From an uncultured Spirochaetota bacterium (GTDB lineage: Bacteria > Spirochaetota > UBA4802 > UBA5550): a DNA stretch of 64,000 bases. Position 1 is the first letter of the stretch. The number at the start of each line of letters is the position of its first letter. Position numbers and translations under genes: made by a program. The stretch is from assembly GCA_963827275.1 (NCBI GenBank), contig CAWHAA010000010.1:256001-320000 (forward strand). The letters run 5' to 3'. The notes under the pieces were generated by a model that was not told the DNA's origin, searched no databases, and was given only the letters and a program-made list of their open reading frames with translations. Below, piece by piece: positions 18,143-28,545 of the stretch.

Positions 18143-18474
18143 AGTTTTTCCAGCTGGTAATACTCCCGCGTCTCCTGGGTAAATATGTGCACGATCAGCT
18201 CATTTAAGTCAAGGATTATCCATCCGGAATCGTAATCGGGCTTCATGCGGCCCCGCAGCCCCCGCTCAAGGGCAAAGCGCTCCAGCTCGCGCGCCATCGA
18301 GCGGCAGTGTATACGCGAGTTCCCGGTGGCTATCAGGAAATAATCGAGGTAGCTGTTCACCCCGCGCAGGTCCATCATGACGATGTCCGTCCCCTTCTTG
18401 TCGGTGAGGAAGCGCGCGCATTCCCTGAATGCTTCGACCATTTCCTCTTCGGTGAATCTCTTCTTTTCCGTCAC
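18112..18474 (-). CDS. rsfS: Ribosome silencing factor
   Basis: DKKGTDI..DL..DYFLIATG..WIILD..VHIF..REYYQLEKLW. Confidence 0.93.
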   Translation of the reverse strand: MTEKKRFTEEEMVEAFRECARFLTDKKGTDIVMMDLRGVNSYLDYFLIATGNSRIHCRSMARELERFALERGLRGRMKPDYDSGWIILDLNELIVHIFTQETREYYQLEKLWGDAKQLSF

Positions 18475-19583
18475 TTTGCCATGTCCTCGCCGATGATGAT
18501 CAATATATTGTGCAGCTGCGTATTGTCAATGTTATGATAGACGTTCTGGATACCGGTAAGCTCGGCGACCCTGTTGACGGCGGTGATATTTGCCCGCTTG
18601 TTGATGATGATCGACCGGTTCATCGTGTGGTACGGCGAGGTCCCGAACTCCATGACGTTGAGGCCCTCGCGGATCAGCCGCTCGCGCATCTTCCTGGCAA
18701 GGCCGGGGACATCGGTGCCGTTCACGATCTTTATCTTGATCGAAGCGTCGATTTCCTTCTCGCTTTTGTCCACGATAAGCTGCGCGAGAAACTCCTTTTC
18801 GTATATCCTGAAGGTGATATCGTCCATCGTGTAATAGCCGTCCTTGAAAAAACCGGGCAGGACCGTCGCCATCACATCGCCGTTCTTGAAAATGATCTCG
18901 CCGATCCGGAGCATCTCTTGAGGAAGCATGTTGGTTTTCATGGATTTCATGAGCTCGGTGACAAAAGCCAGTGCATTGAAGCGCTCCAGGCGCTCCCGGT
19001 CGCTGTAGAGCGTCATCAGGACGTCAAGGATGCGGTCGTACTTCAGGTATATTGAATTCTCCTCGACCTCGTTGATATACCGCATGACCTTCCGCCCGTC
19101 GAAGTAGTTGACTCCGTGGCTCCTGGCGGGCCCGTCCCCGGCCTGGTCGAGGACAAACAGGTCCACCCCCTCCAGCATATTGACGATCCGCTCGACGTCG
19201 GCCGCGTACACCTCGGCGTAAAACGGGATGGTAAGCTTGAGGTCCCGCTGGAGCGAATACCGGAGGCTGTTGAAATTGAAGACCACCATCTCGTCGATGC
19301 GGGCGGTGTTGTCGCCGTCCTCGTCAAGGCGGATCCTGAATTCCGGGGGGATGAAGGTGATCCCGATCCGGTGGTTGTCCGGGTTGATGCTCACAATGGA
19401 GAAAAACTTGTGCTTGTGGTCCTTCAGAACGTTGCTGCCCGCCACCAGTATATTGATGATCTTTTTCTTCTGTATCAGCTCTTCAACGGCGTTCCTGGTG
19501 CGCATCCCGTGGCAGTAATAGATGAAAGCTGATACGAGGGCCAGGAGGAGAAAGGAACCGATAATCAGTACTTTGCGCTTCAA
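18471..19583 (-). CDS. LCP/LytR C-terminal domain protein
   Basis: N-terminal TM, LCP-like middle, C-terminal IKIVNGTDVPGLA..IIIGED. Confidence 0.8.
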   Translation of the reverse strand: MKRKVLIIGSFLLLALVSAFIYYCHGMRTRNAVEELIQKKKIINILVAGSNVLKDHKHKFFSIVSINPDNHRIGITFIPPEFRIRLDEDGDNTARIDEMVVFNFNSLRYSLQRDLKLTIPFYAEVYAADVERIVNMLEGVDLFVLDQAGDGPARSHGVNYFDGRKVMRYINEVEENSIYLKYDRILDVLMTLYSDRERLERFNALAFVTELMKSMKTNMLPQEMLRIGEIIFKNGDVMATVLPGFFKDGYYTMDDITFRIYEKEFLAQLIVDKSEKEIDASIKIKIVNGTDVPGLARKMRERLIREGLNVMEFGTSPYHTMNRSIIINKRANITAVNRVAELTGIQNVYHNIDNTQLHNILIIIGEDMAK

Positions 19584-20161
19584 TGTTCGTACAACCCCTT
19601 TTTCTTTATGTAATCAATCACCGCGTCGGGAAGAAGGAACCGCACCGACCTTCCGCCGCGCAGCCGCTCCCGTATGCACGTTGAGCTTATGTCGATGAGC
19701 GGGTTCTCCGCGTAGCTGATCCTGAAACCCTCGCCGCCCGCCGCGCCCGGTACGTCCTCCCCGGGACGCCGCATGACAATGAGGGACACGAGCTCCTTGA
19801 GCCTATCCGGCTCCCGCCATGTCCCGATTGTATTCAGCGTATCCGACCCGATGATCAGGCTCAGCTCGCTGCCCGGGTAACACCCGAGCAGTTCATGCAC
19901 GGTGGTTATTGTATATGAAGGCCCGTTCCTGTCAATTTCAATCCGGGAAACCTCGAATTCGGCGGCGCCCGCCACGGCGATGACCGCCATGGCGTAACGC
20001 TCCTCCGCCGGCGTTTCGCCGTCGAGCCGCTTGTGGACCGGATATTTCGCCGGCACCAGCACCACGCGGTCCAGGTTGAAGTCCGACCTGATTATTTCAG
20101 CATTGACAAGATGGCCGTAATGGATCGGATTGAAGGTACCGCCGAATATGCCCAGCTTCAC
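19580..20161 (-). CDS. nadD: Nicotinate-nucleotide adenylyltransferase
   Basis: GIFGGTFNPIHYGH, SYTITT, IIGSD, ISSTCIR, YI...LY. Confidence 0.95.
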   Translation of the reverse strand: MKLGIFGGTFNPIHYGHLVNAEIIRSDFNLDRVVLVPAKYPVHKRLDGETPAEERYAMAVIAVAGAAEFEVSRIEIDRNGPSYTITTVHELLGCYPGSELSLIIGSDTLNTIGTWREPDRLKELVSLIVMRRPGEDVPGAAGGEGFRISYAENPLIDISSTCIRERLRGGRSVRFLLPDAVIDYIKKKGLYEH

Positions 20162-20164
20162 AGC

Positions 20165-21415
20165 TTACCGAACCTCACCCTTGCCGTAAACGACATATTT
20201 AAGGGTCGTGAGTCCCTCGACCCCCATCGCGCCGCGCGCGTGGAGCTTCTGGGTGGAAATCCCCACCTCCGCGCCAAGGCCGAACTCGCCGCCGTCGTGG
20301 AAGCGCGTCGACGCGTTTGCGAACACCGCGGCCGAATCGACCTCTGTCATGAAGCGCTCGACGTTCAGGTAGTCGTTTGAGACGATGGCCTCGGAGTGGC
20401 CCGATCCGTACCGGGCGATATGTTCCATCGCCTCGTCGAGCGAGCCGACGATCTTTACCGCGAGGACCAGGTCGAGAAACTCGCGGCCCCAGTCGTCCGC
20501 AGCCGCAGGCTTGATTTTCCCCGGCAGCAGCGCGGCGGTCTTCTCGCACCCGCGGATCTCGACATCGCGGTCAAGGAGGCTCTTCAGGAGCGATTCCTTG
20601 TGACCGTACCGTTCATGTATCAGCATGGCCTCCATGGCATTGCACACCCCGGGCCGCTGGACCTTCGCGTTCACCGCGATCCGGTTCGCCATCTCCTCCC
20701 CGGCGCTCTCGTCGATAAAAATATGGCATACTCCCTTGTCATGCTTGATGACGGGGACCGTCGATTCCTCGGTGACCGCCCGGATGAGGGCCTCGCCCCC
20801 CCGGGGGATCACTATGTCGATGTAGCGGTTCATCTTCAGGAGAACGGGCACCAGGCCGCGGTCGGTCCTGTCTATGAAGGTCACGGCGCTCCCGGGGCAG
20901 CCGAGCTCCGCGAGCGCGCCCCGCACTACCGCGTGGAGCGCCCGGTTCGAGTTGATCGCCTCTTTCCCGCCCCGGAGTATCGCGGCGTTGCCCGATTTGA
21001 TGCAGAGCGCGGCGATGTCCGTGGTGACATTGGGCCGGGCCTCGTATATGACCGCAACGACGCCGAGGGGGACCCGCATCTGGCCCACCCGTATCCCGGA
21101 GGGCCGCACCGTCATTTTCTCGATCCTGCCCACGGGATCAGGCAGATCGGCGATCTCATCGATGGACTTCGCCATCCCCTCTATCCGTTCTTTGTTCAGA
21201 AGCAGCCGGTCGTAGAGGGCGGAGCTTACGCCGTCCTTCTTCGCCTCAGCCAGGTCCTTCTGGTTCTCCGAAATGATGAAATCGGCCTTTTTCCTCAGGT
21301 CAATGGCGATTTTCCGGAGCAGGTTGTTCTTGCGGACCGTCGAATACGTGGCGATGGCGCGTGACGCCGCCCTTGCTTCACGGCACAGTCCCTCGATATA
21401 TTCCCTGTCTTCCAT
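20165..21415 (-). CDS. proA: Gamma-glutamyl phosphate reductase
   Basis: VPLGV..IYEARPNVT, PGVCNAME, NASTRFHDGGEFGLGAEVGISTQKLHARG. Confidence 0.96.
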   Translation of the reverse strand: MEDREYIEGLCREARAASRAIATYSTVRKNNLLRKIAIDLRKKADFIISENQKDLAEAKKDGVSSALYDRLLLNKERIEGMAKSIDEIADLPDPVGRIEKMTVRPSGIRVGQMRVPLGVVAVIYEARPNVTTDIAALCIKSGNAAILRGGKEAINSNRALHAVVRGALAELGCPGSAVTFIDRTDRGLVPVLLKMNRYIDIVIPRGGEALIRAVTEESTVPVIKHDKGVCHIFIDESAGEEMANRIAVNAKVQRPGVCNAMEAMLIHERYGHKESLLKSLLDRDVEIRGCEKTAALLPGKIKPAAADDWGREFLDLVLAVKIVGSLDEAMEHIARYGSGHSEAIVSNDYLNVERFMTEVDSAAVFANASTRFHDGGEFGLGAEVGISTQKLHARGAMGVEGLTTLKYVVYGKGEVR

Positions 21416-21491
21416 AATACATACTCCGCTGAACTAGTCATTATATAGTGAATTCACGGCAAGAAGAATCGTGTCCCTGCCGGCGCAACCG

Positions 21492-22037
21492 TCAAAACCG
21501 CACATCGCTGTCGAACTCGCGGCCCTCGTACGGCAGGAGGCCGGCGCCAACCCTGTTCTCCTTGATGAATTTCAGGTAAAAGTCATTGCTGACGCGCCTC
21601 ATGAGCTCCAGGATCCGCCTTTTTTCCTGGTGGCTGCTTTCCGGAAAAACAGAGGCATAAAGCCGCAGCACGCCATCGGTGTCACCTGAACCTGCGGCAA
21701 TCCACGCGATGGCCCCGCGAACGGCGGGCTCTTTCTCAAGGCGGAACCGCTCGGCCAGGAATTCCAGGTTGATCATCCCGTTATCGGCGAGCCCGTAGTA
21801 CCCGCCCAGGCGGCTGTACGGGTTCCCGCTGTGTATCAGGGCGTGCACATCGTAAAACCGGTTGACCGGCCTTGAGAGGAGGAGCGGAAACCGCGCCTGG
21901 TCCAGAAGGAGGACCTCCATGAACCGGCCCCCCAGCCCGCGGCCGGCGAAGTACCCGCATGCCGCGAGTATGATACAGGCCCCGGTAAGGGCGGCGATGG
22001 CTCTTGTTACACGCATTGTCGCATCCATCAGATTCAA
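21492..22037 (-). CDS. Hypothetical protein
   Basis: ORF upstream of proA with an N-terminal hydrophobic segment; start uncertain. Confidence 0.55.
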   Translation of the reverse strand: MNLMDATMRVTRAIAALTGACIILAACGYFAGRGLGGRFMEVLLLDQARFPLLLSRPVNRFYDVHALIHSGNPYSRLGGYYGLADNGMINLEFLAERFRLEKEPAVRGAIAWIAAGSGDTDGVLRLYASVFPESSHQEKRRILELMRRVSNDFYLKFIKENRVGAGLLPYEGREFDSDVRF

Positions 22038-22211
22038 TATGTATTATTATTAACCGAATAATCCTGTCAATTTATTATTTTAGGGGCGGCGGCATCACGA
22101 AAAAGCGGCACACCACCCGGGCAAAATAATGTGCCCGCCCTGCCGGTCAAAGTATCATTTTTCTTGACAAAATATGATAGTACCGGGCATTTACAGACAT
22201 TGGAGTTTTTT

Positions 22212-23099
22212 ATGGAACCTTTGATAAACATCAAGCTGCCGGGCGTTAAAAAAAGATACAGCGGCAAGGTCCGCGACCTTTACACCGTCGACAAGGAACA
22301 CCTCCTGATCGTTTCAACGGACCGGATATCAGCTTTTGACCACGTATTTCCCACGGGCATACCCGGGAAGGGAATAATATTGAATAAAATATCGAACCTG
22401 TGGTTCAAGAACATAAAGGTGATAAAAAACCATATCGTTGAAGACAACTTCAACAATTTTCCAAAGCCCTTCTGCAACTTCCCGGAGATGCTGAAAGACC
22501 GCGCGGTGATTGTCCGGAAAACCGAGCGTATCGACTTCGAGTGCATCGCGCGCGGCTACCTGATCGGGACCGGGTGGAAGGACTACAGGGAAACCGGCGC
22601 CGTATGCGGCATCACCCTGCCGCCCGATCTGAAGCTCGCCCAGAAGCTGGACGCCCCGCTCTTCACTCCGGCGACGAAGGAAGACTCCGGCCACGACCTC
22701 AATGTGCCGATGGACGTGATGCGGGCCCGCCTGGGGGAGGAACTCTCCTACCGCCTGGGCGAAAGCACCCTGCGCATCTACGAGTACGCCCGCGACCTGG
22801 TTGACCGCCAGGGGATCATCCTTGCGGACACCAAATTCGAGTTCGGGTTCGCCGATAACGAGATTATCCTGATCGACGAGGTCCTGACACCGGACAGTTC
22901 CCGTTTCTGGGACAAGGAGTCATACCGCGTCGGGACTTCGCCGGTGAGCTTTGACAAGCAATACATTCGCGACTATCTCGAGACGACCCCCTGGGACAAA
23001 AACTCTCCGCCGCCGCCCCTGCCGGAAGAGATTGTCTTTAAAACCATGGAAAAATACGAGGAAATCCTCAGCCGCATCGAAGCCATCTTCACGCGGTAG
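22212..23099 (+). CDS. purC: SAICAR synthase
   Basis: SGKVRDLY, TDRISAFD, ADTKFEFG, DEVLTPDSSRFW, DKQYIRD; ATG with GGAG RBS. Confidence 0.96.
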   Translation: MEPLINIKLPGVKKRYSGKVRDLYTVDKEHLLIVSTDRISAFDHVFPTGIPGKGIILNKISNLWFKNIKVIKNHIVEDNFNNFPKPFCNFPEMLKDRAVIVRKTERIDFECIARGYLIGTGWKDYRETGAVCGITLPPDLKLAQKLDAPLFTPATKEDSGHDLNVPMDVMRARLGEELSYRLGESTLRIYEYARDLVDRQGIILADTKFEFGFADNEIILIDEVLTPDSSRFWDKESYRVGTSPVSFDKQYIRDYLETTPWDKNSPPPPLPEEIVFKTMEKYEEILSRIEAIFTR

Positions 23100-23384
23100 C
23101 CGCTGAACCCGGAACCTCCTTCTCAGACCGGGCCGACATGCCCCGGCCGCAGCCCCCGGCGGGGCGCCCTGCGTGATTTTTTATAGCGCCGGATTTGTCA
23201 GGACCGCGGATTTTTAGTATATTATTGCTGCAGGGACGCGCGTAGCGTATAATTAATAATTCAGAATCTGGATCATTAATACGATAATTACACTGGATGC
23301 ACTATGCTTCAATGACGTTATACCAGCGCTCGTTTCGGGAAGGGCATTTGCCGGGCCCTGCAACACTAACATCCGGGGGAATTG

Positions 23385-23819
23385 ATGGCACTGCCTGAGA
23401 AAAATCCTTTCAATGAATACAAGAAAACCCAGATCGCCACTGCGAACCAGGGCAAGCTGATCGTCATGCTGTATGACGGCGCGATCAAGTTTCTGAACAT
23501 CGCCATAGACAACATGAACCCGAAGACCTACGATATCGTCAACAACAACATCATCAAGGCCCAGGACATCATAACCGAGCTCCTCCTTTCGCTCAACATG
23601 AAGGACGGCGGCGAAATTTCGCAGAACCTTTTCAACCTCTACCTCTATTTCAAAAAGGCCCTGCTGGAAGCCAACATAAAGAAGGACGCGGCCCTGATAC
23701 AGGGCGTCATCAAGCTGTTAAAAGAGCTCCGCGACGCGTGGGACAAGATATCGGCCAACGAAACGGCTTCCGACAAGAGAAACATCGGGGCGAAGGGCAA
23801 CTTCAGCATTGAGGGATGA
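23385..23819 (+). CDS. fliS: Flagellar export chaperone FliS
   Basis: YKKTQIATA..KLIVMLYDGAI..KAQDII.EL..L..GGEI..NL..LY..ELRDAW. Confidence 0.93.
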   Translation: MALPEKNPFNEYKKTQIATANQGKLIVMLYDGAIKFLNIAIDNMNPKTYDIVNNNIIKAQDIITELLLSLNMKDGGEISQNLFNLYLYFKKALLEANIKKDAALIQGVIKLLKELRDAWDKISANETASDKRNIGAKGNFSIEG

Positions 23820-24273
23820 CGCACGCTCCATCGTCGCCGATCTCTCCCGCGCCTACGGGAAAAAGATCGAGCTGCTGCGCACCCTCCTCGCGAGCGAAAC
23901 CGACAAGCTCTACTACGAAAAATCCGGGAACCTCGACAGGGTCATCGAAATCATCCGTGACGACGCGCGGGTGATAGAAGAGGTTGACCTTGTCAATTAT
24001 GACATCGCTGAATCCGAAGGGGCCCTTTCTGCGCTTATCGGCGTAGCGCCGGGCGGGTTGTACGGCATGCTGGCCGGCTCCGTCGAGGCCCGCGACCTCC
24101 TCTCCCTGCGGAGCGAGTCGCGCAACGCGGTGGACCGCCTCGTCAGGGAGCGCACGGCCCTCATCGCGAGGCTGGAAGCGGCGTCACGGGGCGTGCACAC
24201 AAGCATCGACGAGCTGTCCCGCATCGGCAGGCTGAAGCGCGACGAGAACGGCGACCTGCCGCCGCTCGGGTGA
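23809..24273 (+). CDS. Helical protein downstream of fliS, possibly FlgN/FliT-like chaperone
   Basis: Overlaps the fliS end; coiled-coil character. Family inferred from context only. Confidence 0.5.
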   Translation: MRDDARSIVADLSRAYGKKIELLRTLLASETDKLYYEKSGNLDRVIEIIRDDARVIEEVDLVNYDIAESEGALSALIGVAPGGLYGMLAGSVEARDLLSLRSESRNAVDRLVRERTALIARLEAASRGVHTSIDELSRIGRLKRDENGDLPPLG

Positions 24274-24278
24274 CCCCG

Positions 24279-25178
24279 CTACAGGTCGACGATACTCTTT
24301 GACTTCAGAATTGTATCCCGCCGCCTGACCATCTCATCGTAATCAATCCGGTACCGTTTGTTCTTGTAATACCTGTTATAGGTCGAAAGGTATTTCTTTG
24401 AATGGAAATATTTACGCATCCGCTCCGAAACGTAAAAGACCTGCTCGGAGGGCGCGTAGGCCTGCGGCTGGTTCTTGTATTCCTCTATGATGGTCTGTGT
24501 AATGATGCCCCAGGAGATGTCGGCCAGCGAAAACTTCGCGAGGTCGCGCATGATCGCCCGCAAGATCCCCTCGTGCACCGGATTGAAAAACTTGAATTTC
24601 TTCGAATACATGAGCGCCCCGTGCATGTGATCGGGGATGTCCAGGAACCCGTCCTTGATGATCTCGCGCGCGACGACATGCATCATCTCGAAGCAGTAAT
24701 TCAGCGCCCCGAGCCCCGGCTTCTTCTGACCCGGCAGCTGGGGCTTGCCGCTCTCAAAGTCGTGCTGCGGGTTCTGGGCGGAGAGCCATTCGATGACGAT
24801 CATGTCATACGCCTGGTACGACGCGTCCTCGAAGAAGCTCCTGTCCGGCATGAAGCGCGATTCGCTCAGCCGCAGGTCGAGCAGCATGCTCTCCGGGCGT
24901 ACCTCGCGCGTATAGAGCTTCATGTAATGGACGTATGATTCGTCAACGTCGATCTCGACCTTCATGTCACGAAATCCCATTGACTCCAGGTGGCCGATCA
25001 GCCCTACCCGCCGCATGATGTCATGGAGGTCGGCGGCGGAAAAATTTCTGAGGAACAGCTTCTGCCTCCGCCCGGCCTGGTCGGGAATCGCCAGGTTGAA
25101 ATCGAACGAGCCCATCTCCTTTTCGAGCGCGGTGCTGAAATCCATGGGCTGGAGGAACTTTGACATCTTGTTTTTCAC
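24279..25178 (-). CDS. Hypothetical protein
   Basis: 299-aa ORF containing IEWLSAQNP..PQLPGQKKPGLG; function unassigned. Confidence 0.7.
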   Translation of the reverse strand: MKNKMSKFLQPMDFSTALEKEMGSFDFNLAIPDQAGRRQKLFLRNFSAADLHDIMRRVGLIGHLESMGFRDMKVEIDVDESYVHYMKLYTREVRPESMLLDLRLSESRFMPDRSFFEDASYQAYDMIVIEWLSAQNPQHDFESGKPQLPGQKKPGLGALNYCFEMMHVVAREIIKDGFLDIPDHMHGALMYSKKFKFFNPVHEGILRAIMRDLAKFSLADISWGIITQTIIEEYKNQPQAYAPSEQVFYVSERMRKYFHSKKYLSTYNRYYKNKRYRIDYDEMVRRRDTILKSKSIVDL

Positions 25179-25246
25179 GCGTATACTCCAGGGGTTGTAG
25201 TGCGCGTTATGCGATTCACGCGCCAGGACGGCGATGTGTCCGGCAC

Positions 25247-26113
25247 TTACTGCCAGCGCTCGTTGTTGTACACAAGCCGGACCTGGTAAAAAAAGTCGTG
25301 TATGCTGCTATGGTCGATCGACGGCACCACGAGAAGCCGCACGAACCTGTCATAGTTGCGCACCTGGAGCAGCGCGCGCTTGTAGAAGTCATCCAGCTTT
25401 TCCCCGATAATGATCAGCCGGGCGTTCGACCTGATGTACTCCTCGAGGAGCATCCCCGGCTCGGTCACCGACACCACGTCCTCGGTCGGTATGAAATCAG
25501 GCGCGATAATATTGCCCGGCTCCTGGCTGCGGGCCACGATCAGCGAAATGAGGTCGGTGTTGATCTTGAACCGCTCGATATATTCCTTCTGCCGCGCCAC
25601 CTTGAGGTCCACGAATATGATGATGGCCACCTCTGAATTCCGGTAGCGGAACACCTGGTTCCTGTCGAATTCCCTCTTGAGATTGTTCCATTTCTTGAAA
25701 TCGAGCGGCTCGTTGTGGCGGAGCAGGATGATGCGCTTTCCGAGCTTCGGGTCCACGCCGTATACTTCGCCCACCATCCTGACATAGCGCTTCCGCTTCG
25801 ACTGGGCGCTCGCGTCGCGCAGCTCCTCGAGGAGCTTGTCCATCTCGCTCATCCGGCCGCCGCCGTAGGGCTTCCTGAACTCAACCGGGAATTCCTTCGA
25901 GAGGAGCTCGTACAGGGAGGGGGTGCAGAAGACCTCGATCTCCTTCAGCTCGTTTTCCTCGAGCTTCGGCAGGTGGGCCGGGAGGACCAGGTCGGTTGAG
26001 AGATAGCAGTTCCCATTGATGAGGATGTCGTCGAAATACTTGATTTCGATGCCGTCACCATGCTTTTCAAATAGATGAGATAATTGCTGCAGTGTCAGCT
26101 TCATATCAATCAC
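25247..26113 (-). CDS. Hypothetical protein
   Basis: 288-aa ORF directly downstream of prfB. Confidence 0.7.
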   Translation of the reverse strand: MIDMKLTLQQLSHLFEKHGDGIEIKYFDDILINGNCYLSTDLVLPAHLPKLEENELKEIEVFCTPSLYELLSKEFPVEFRKPYGGGRMSEMDKLLEELRDASAQSKRKRYVRMVGEVYGVDPKLGKRIILLRHNEPLDFKKWNNLKREFDRNQVFRYRNSEVAIIIFVDLKVARQKEYIERFKINTDLISLIVARSQEPGNIIAPDFIPTEDVVSVTEPGMLLEEYIRSNARLIIIGEKLDDFYKRALLQVRNYDRFVRLLVVPSIDHSSIHDFFYQVRLVYNNERWQ

Positions 26114-26126
26114 TTGCCCCGGTGCG

Positions 26127-27260
26127 TCAGAGCTGCGTTGTCTCCTGCTCGCCTGTCCGCTTGCCCCTTAAAAAGGCGTAGATAAAACGGTCGATGTCAC
26201 CCCCGAAGACATAGTCGATGCTCCCCGTCTCTTCACCCGTCCGGTGGTCCTTCACCAGGGTGTACGGCTGGAAGACATACGACCTGATCTGGTGGCCCCA
26301 GGAGATGTCCTTTTTCTGCCCGATCTTTTCCTGCTGCTTCTCCTCGAATTCCCGCTTCCTCAATTCGTAAAGCCGCGACTTGAGCACCTTCATCGCGAAC
26401 GATTTATTTTTATGCTGTGAGCGCTCGTTCTGGCACTGGGTAACGATACCGGTCGGGAGGTGGGTTATCCGCACGGCCGAATCTGTCTTGTTGACATGCT
26501 GGCCGCCCGCGCCTGAAGAACGGTACGTGTCGATACGGAGGTCGGATTCCTTTATCCCGATGTCGATGTCCTCCGCAACTTCAGGGGCGACCTCCACCGA
26601 CGCGAACGACGTATGCCGCCTCTTGTTCGCGTCAAACGGCGATATCCGTACCAGCCGGTGTATCCCCCTCTCGCACTTCAGCAGGCCGAACGCGTAGTCG
26701 CCCTTGACGAGCATGGTGGCGCTCTTGATTCCCGCCTCCTCGCCCGGGGTGTAATCGACGACACTCACTTCGAACCCCTTCTGCTCTCCCCAGCGGAAAT
26801 ACATGCGAAACAGCATGTTGGCCCAGTCCTGGGATTCGGTGCCTCCCGCCCCCGGGTGAATCGTGACGAAGGCGTTGTTCGCGTCATCCTCTCCCGAGAG
26901 CAGCTCGAGGGTTTCAAGGGATTCGAACTTTTTCCTGAAATCGTCGATCTTGCCCGATAGCTCGTCCAGCACGCCGGTGTCCCTGTCCTGGAGGGCCATC
27001 TCGAAGAGCTCGTCAGCCTCCTGCACCGTGCTCATCAGGCTGTCAAACGGCTCGATGCGCCTCTTGAGATTGCTGATCTCCCTGTTCGTCCTGGTAAAAA
27101 GCTCCTTGTCCTGCCAGAACTCTTCTTTCTGGGTCTGTTCCTGCAGCTCGGCGGCTTTTTTCTTCAGCGCGTCGATATTGACCGAAGCATAGAGCTCCTG
27201 AAGCATCCCGGCGACATGCTTCAGTTCCCGCTGGTATTCCCGATAATCTTTCTCTTCCAA
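26127..27260 (-). CDS. prfB: Peptide chain release factor 2
   Basis: GGTESQDW, SPF tripeptide (RISPFD), GAGGQHVNKTDSAVR. Probable TTG start at 27260 with GGAG RBS. Single continuous frame. Confidence 0.96.
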   Translation of the reverse strand: MEEKDYREYQRELKHVAGMLQELYASVNIDALKKKAAELQEQTQKEEFWQDKELFTRTNREISNLKRRIEPFDSLMSTVQEADELFEMALQDRDTGVLDELSGKIDDFRKKFESLETLELLSGEDDANNAFVTIHPGAGGTESQDWANMLFRMYFRWGEQKGFEVSVVDYTPGEEAGIKSATMLVKGDYAFGLLKCERGIHRLVRISPFDANKRRHTSFASVEVAPEVAEDIDIGIKESDLRIDTYRSSGAGGQHVNKTDSAVRITHLPTGIVTQCQNERSQHKNKSFAMKVLKSRLYELRKREFEEKQQEKIGQKKDISWGHQIRSYVFQPYTLVKDHRTGEETGSIDYVFGGDIDRFIYAFLRGKRTGEQETTQL

Positions 27261-27437
27261 AACAATCAAACTCCACCATACAGACGGGCGCACCTTAACA
27301 TTCCGTTGGTTCACACAGGCACAGCACGCGTGATACGGCAGTTTCACCCCGATTCTTTATAATTATCTGCTATATAAATACAATTCGGTCAACAAAATAA
27401 AAATTCTTGATAAATTATTTTTAACAGTATGGCGTTC

Positions 27438-28545
27438 TCAGCGGAGGAATTCCCCGCCGAGATGTTCGGCAAAGGCCCGCTCGAGGTCATCGGAGGAATG
27501 ATATTCGACATTGAACACCTCTTTCCATACGTCTTCAGTCTCCATGCAGAGGTACACGAAGGGCCGGGCGGAATATGACCTGATGCGGCCGAGAATCGCG
27601 CGATAGGCCGCGGTCCTGTTTTTTTTCTGGTAGCGGAACTTGCCGTCCGGGCCGGGAAACATCTCCGCTGCCGTGAGGGCCTGCCCCGGGAACACTTCGC
27701 GGATGATCTCCCTGAACCCGGGGCTGTACCTGAAGCACCCCAGGGATATCCAGGCGACGCGGCCGGGATCGACAGCGCCGAACAGGCGATCGACAATGCC
27801 GAGGTAATCATCGATCCACCCGTCGCTCATTATTATCGGGTCGAAATGAAACGCCGTCAGGTACCCCGCCCGGCACGCTTCCGCCGCTGCGGCGATCCGC
27901 CGGTCAAGGTCGGCCGCGCCCTCCTCATAGAGGACGATATTCCGGGGTGTGTTCAGGCTCCACGCGAGGACCGCGTTTCCCTTCTCCCTGATGTCCAGCA
28001 GGTGCCCCACGCTGCATGATTTTGTCTTGAGCTCCAGGAAAAGCGAGCGGTGGCGCGAGGCTTCGGCAATCAGGGACGCGCCGAGCCCGGTCACCTCGTC
28101 GACGCATCAGCGAGTCCGTATATTCGCCGGTCCCCACCCTGATGACGTCTGCGCCGGCCGGGCTCAACTTCGCCAGGTCCTGGAATGATATTTCAATGTT
28201 AATGAATTGCGTGATGCCGAATGAATTGAGATAATAATTCAGGTAGCAGTAGGTGCAGTTATAGAGGCAGTTGAAGCCGGTGTTGAGAAGGAGATAATTG
28301 CAGCAGATCATGCCGGGCGAGCCGGGACATTTCTGGGACAACCGCCCCAGGAACCGCTTCAGGATAACGACTTCTTTTGAAGCAAGGCCGCGGTTTTTCA
28401 ACGATTCAACCGCGCGGTCCATCTCATCTTCAGTGCCGCATGCAACGGCGTCCTTCCCGCCAAGGCCCAGGAACCTCCGGACCATGGGGTTGTCCCGGTC
28501 CGACGCGAGATAGACGATAGCCTTGATGTCATCGATGGTCTTCAC
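27438..28545 (-). pseudogene. Spore photoproduct lyase (SplB)-like radical SAM protein with a frameshift at ~28103
   Basis: 5' frame has CPGS..CC and CLYNCTYC (CxxxCxxC) up to GTGEYTDSLM. The 3' frame continues DEVTG..ELKTKS..WSLN..FHFDPI..YLCME. One extra base separates them. Confidence 0.8.
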
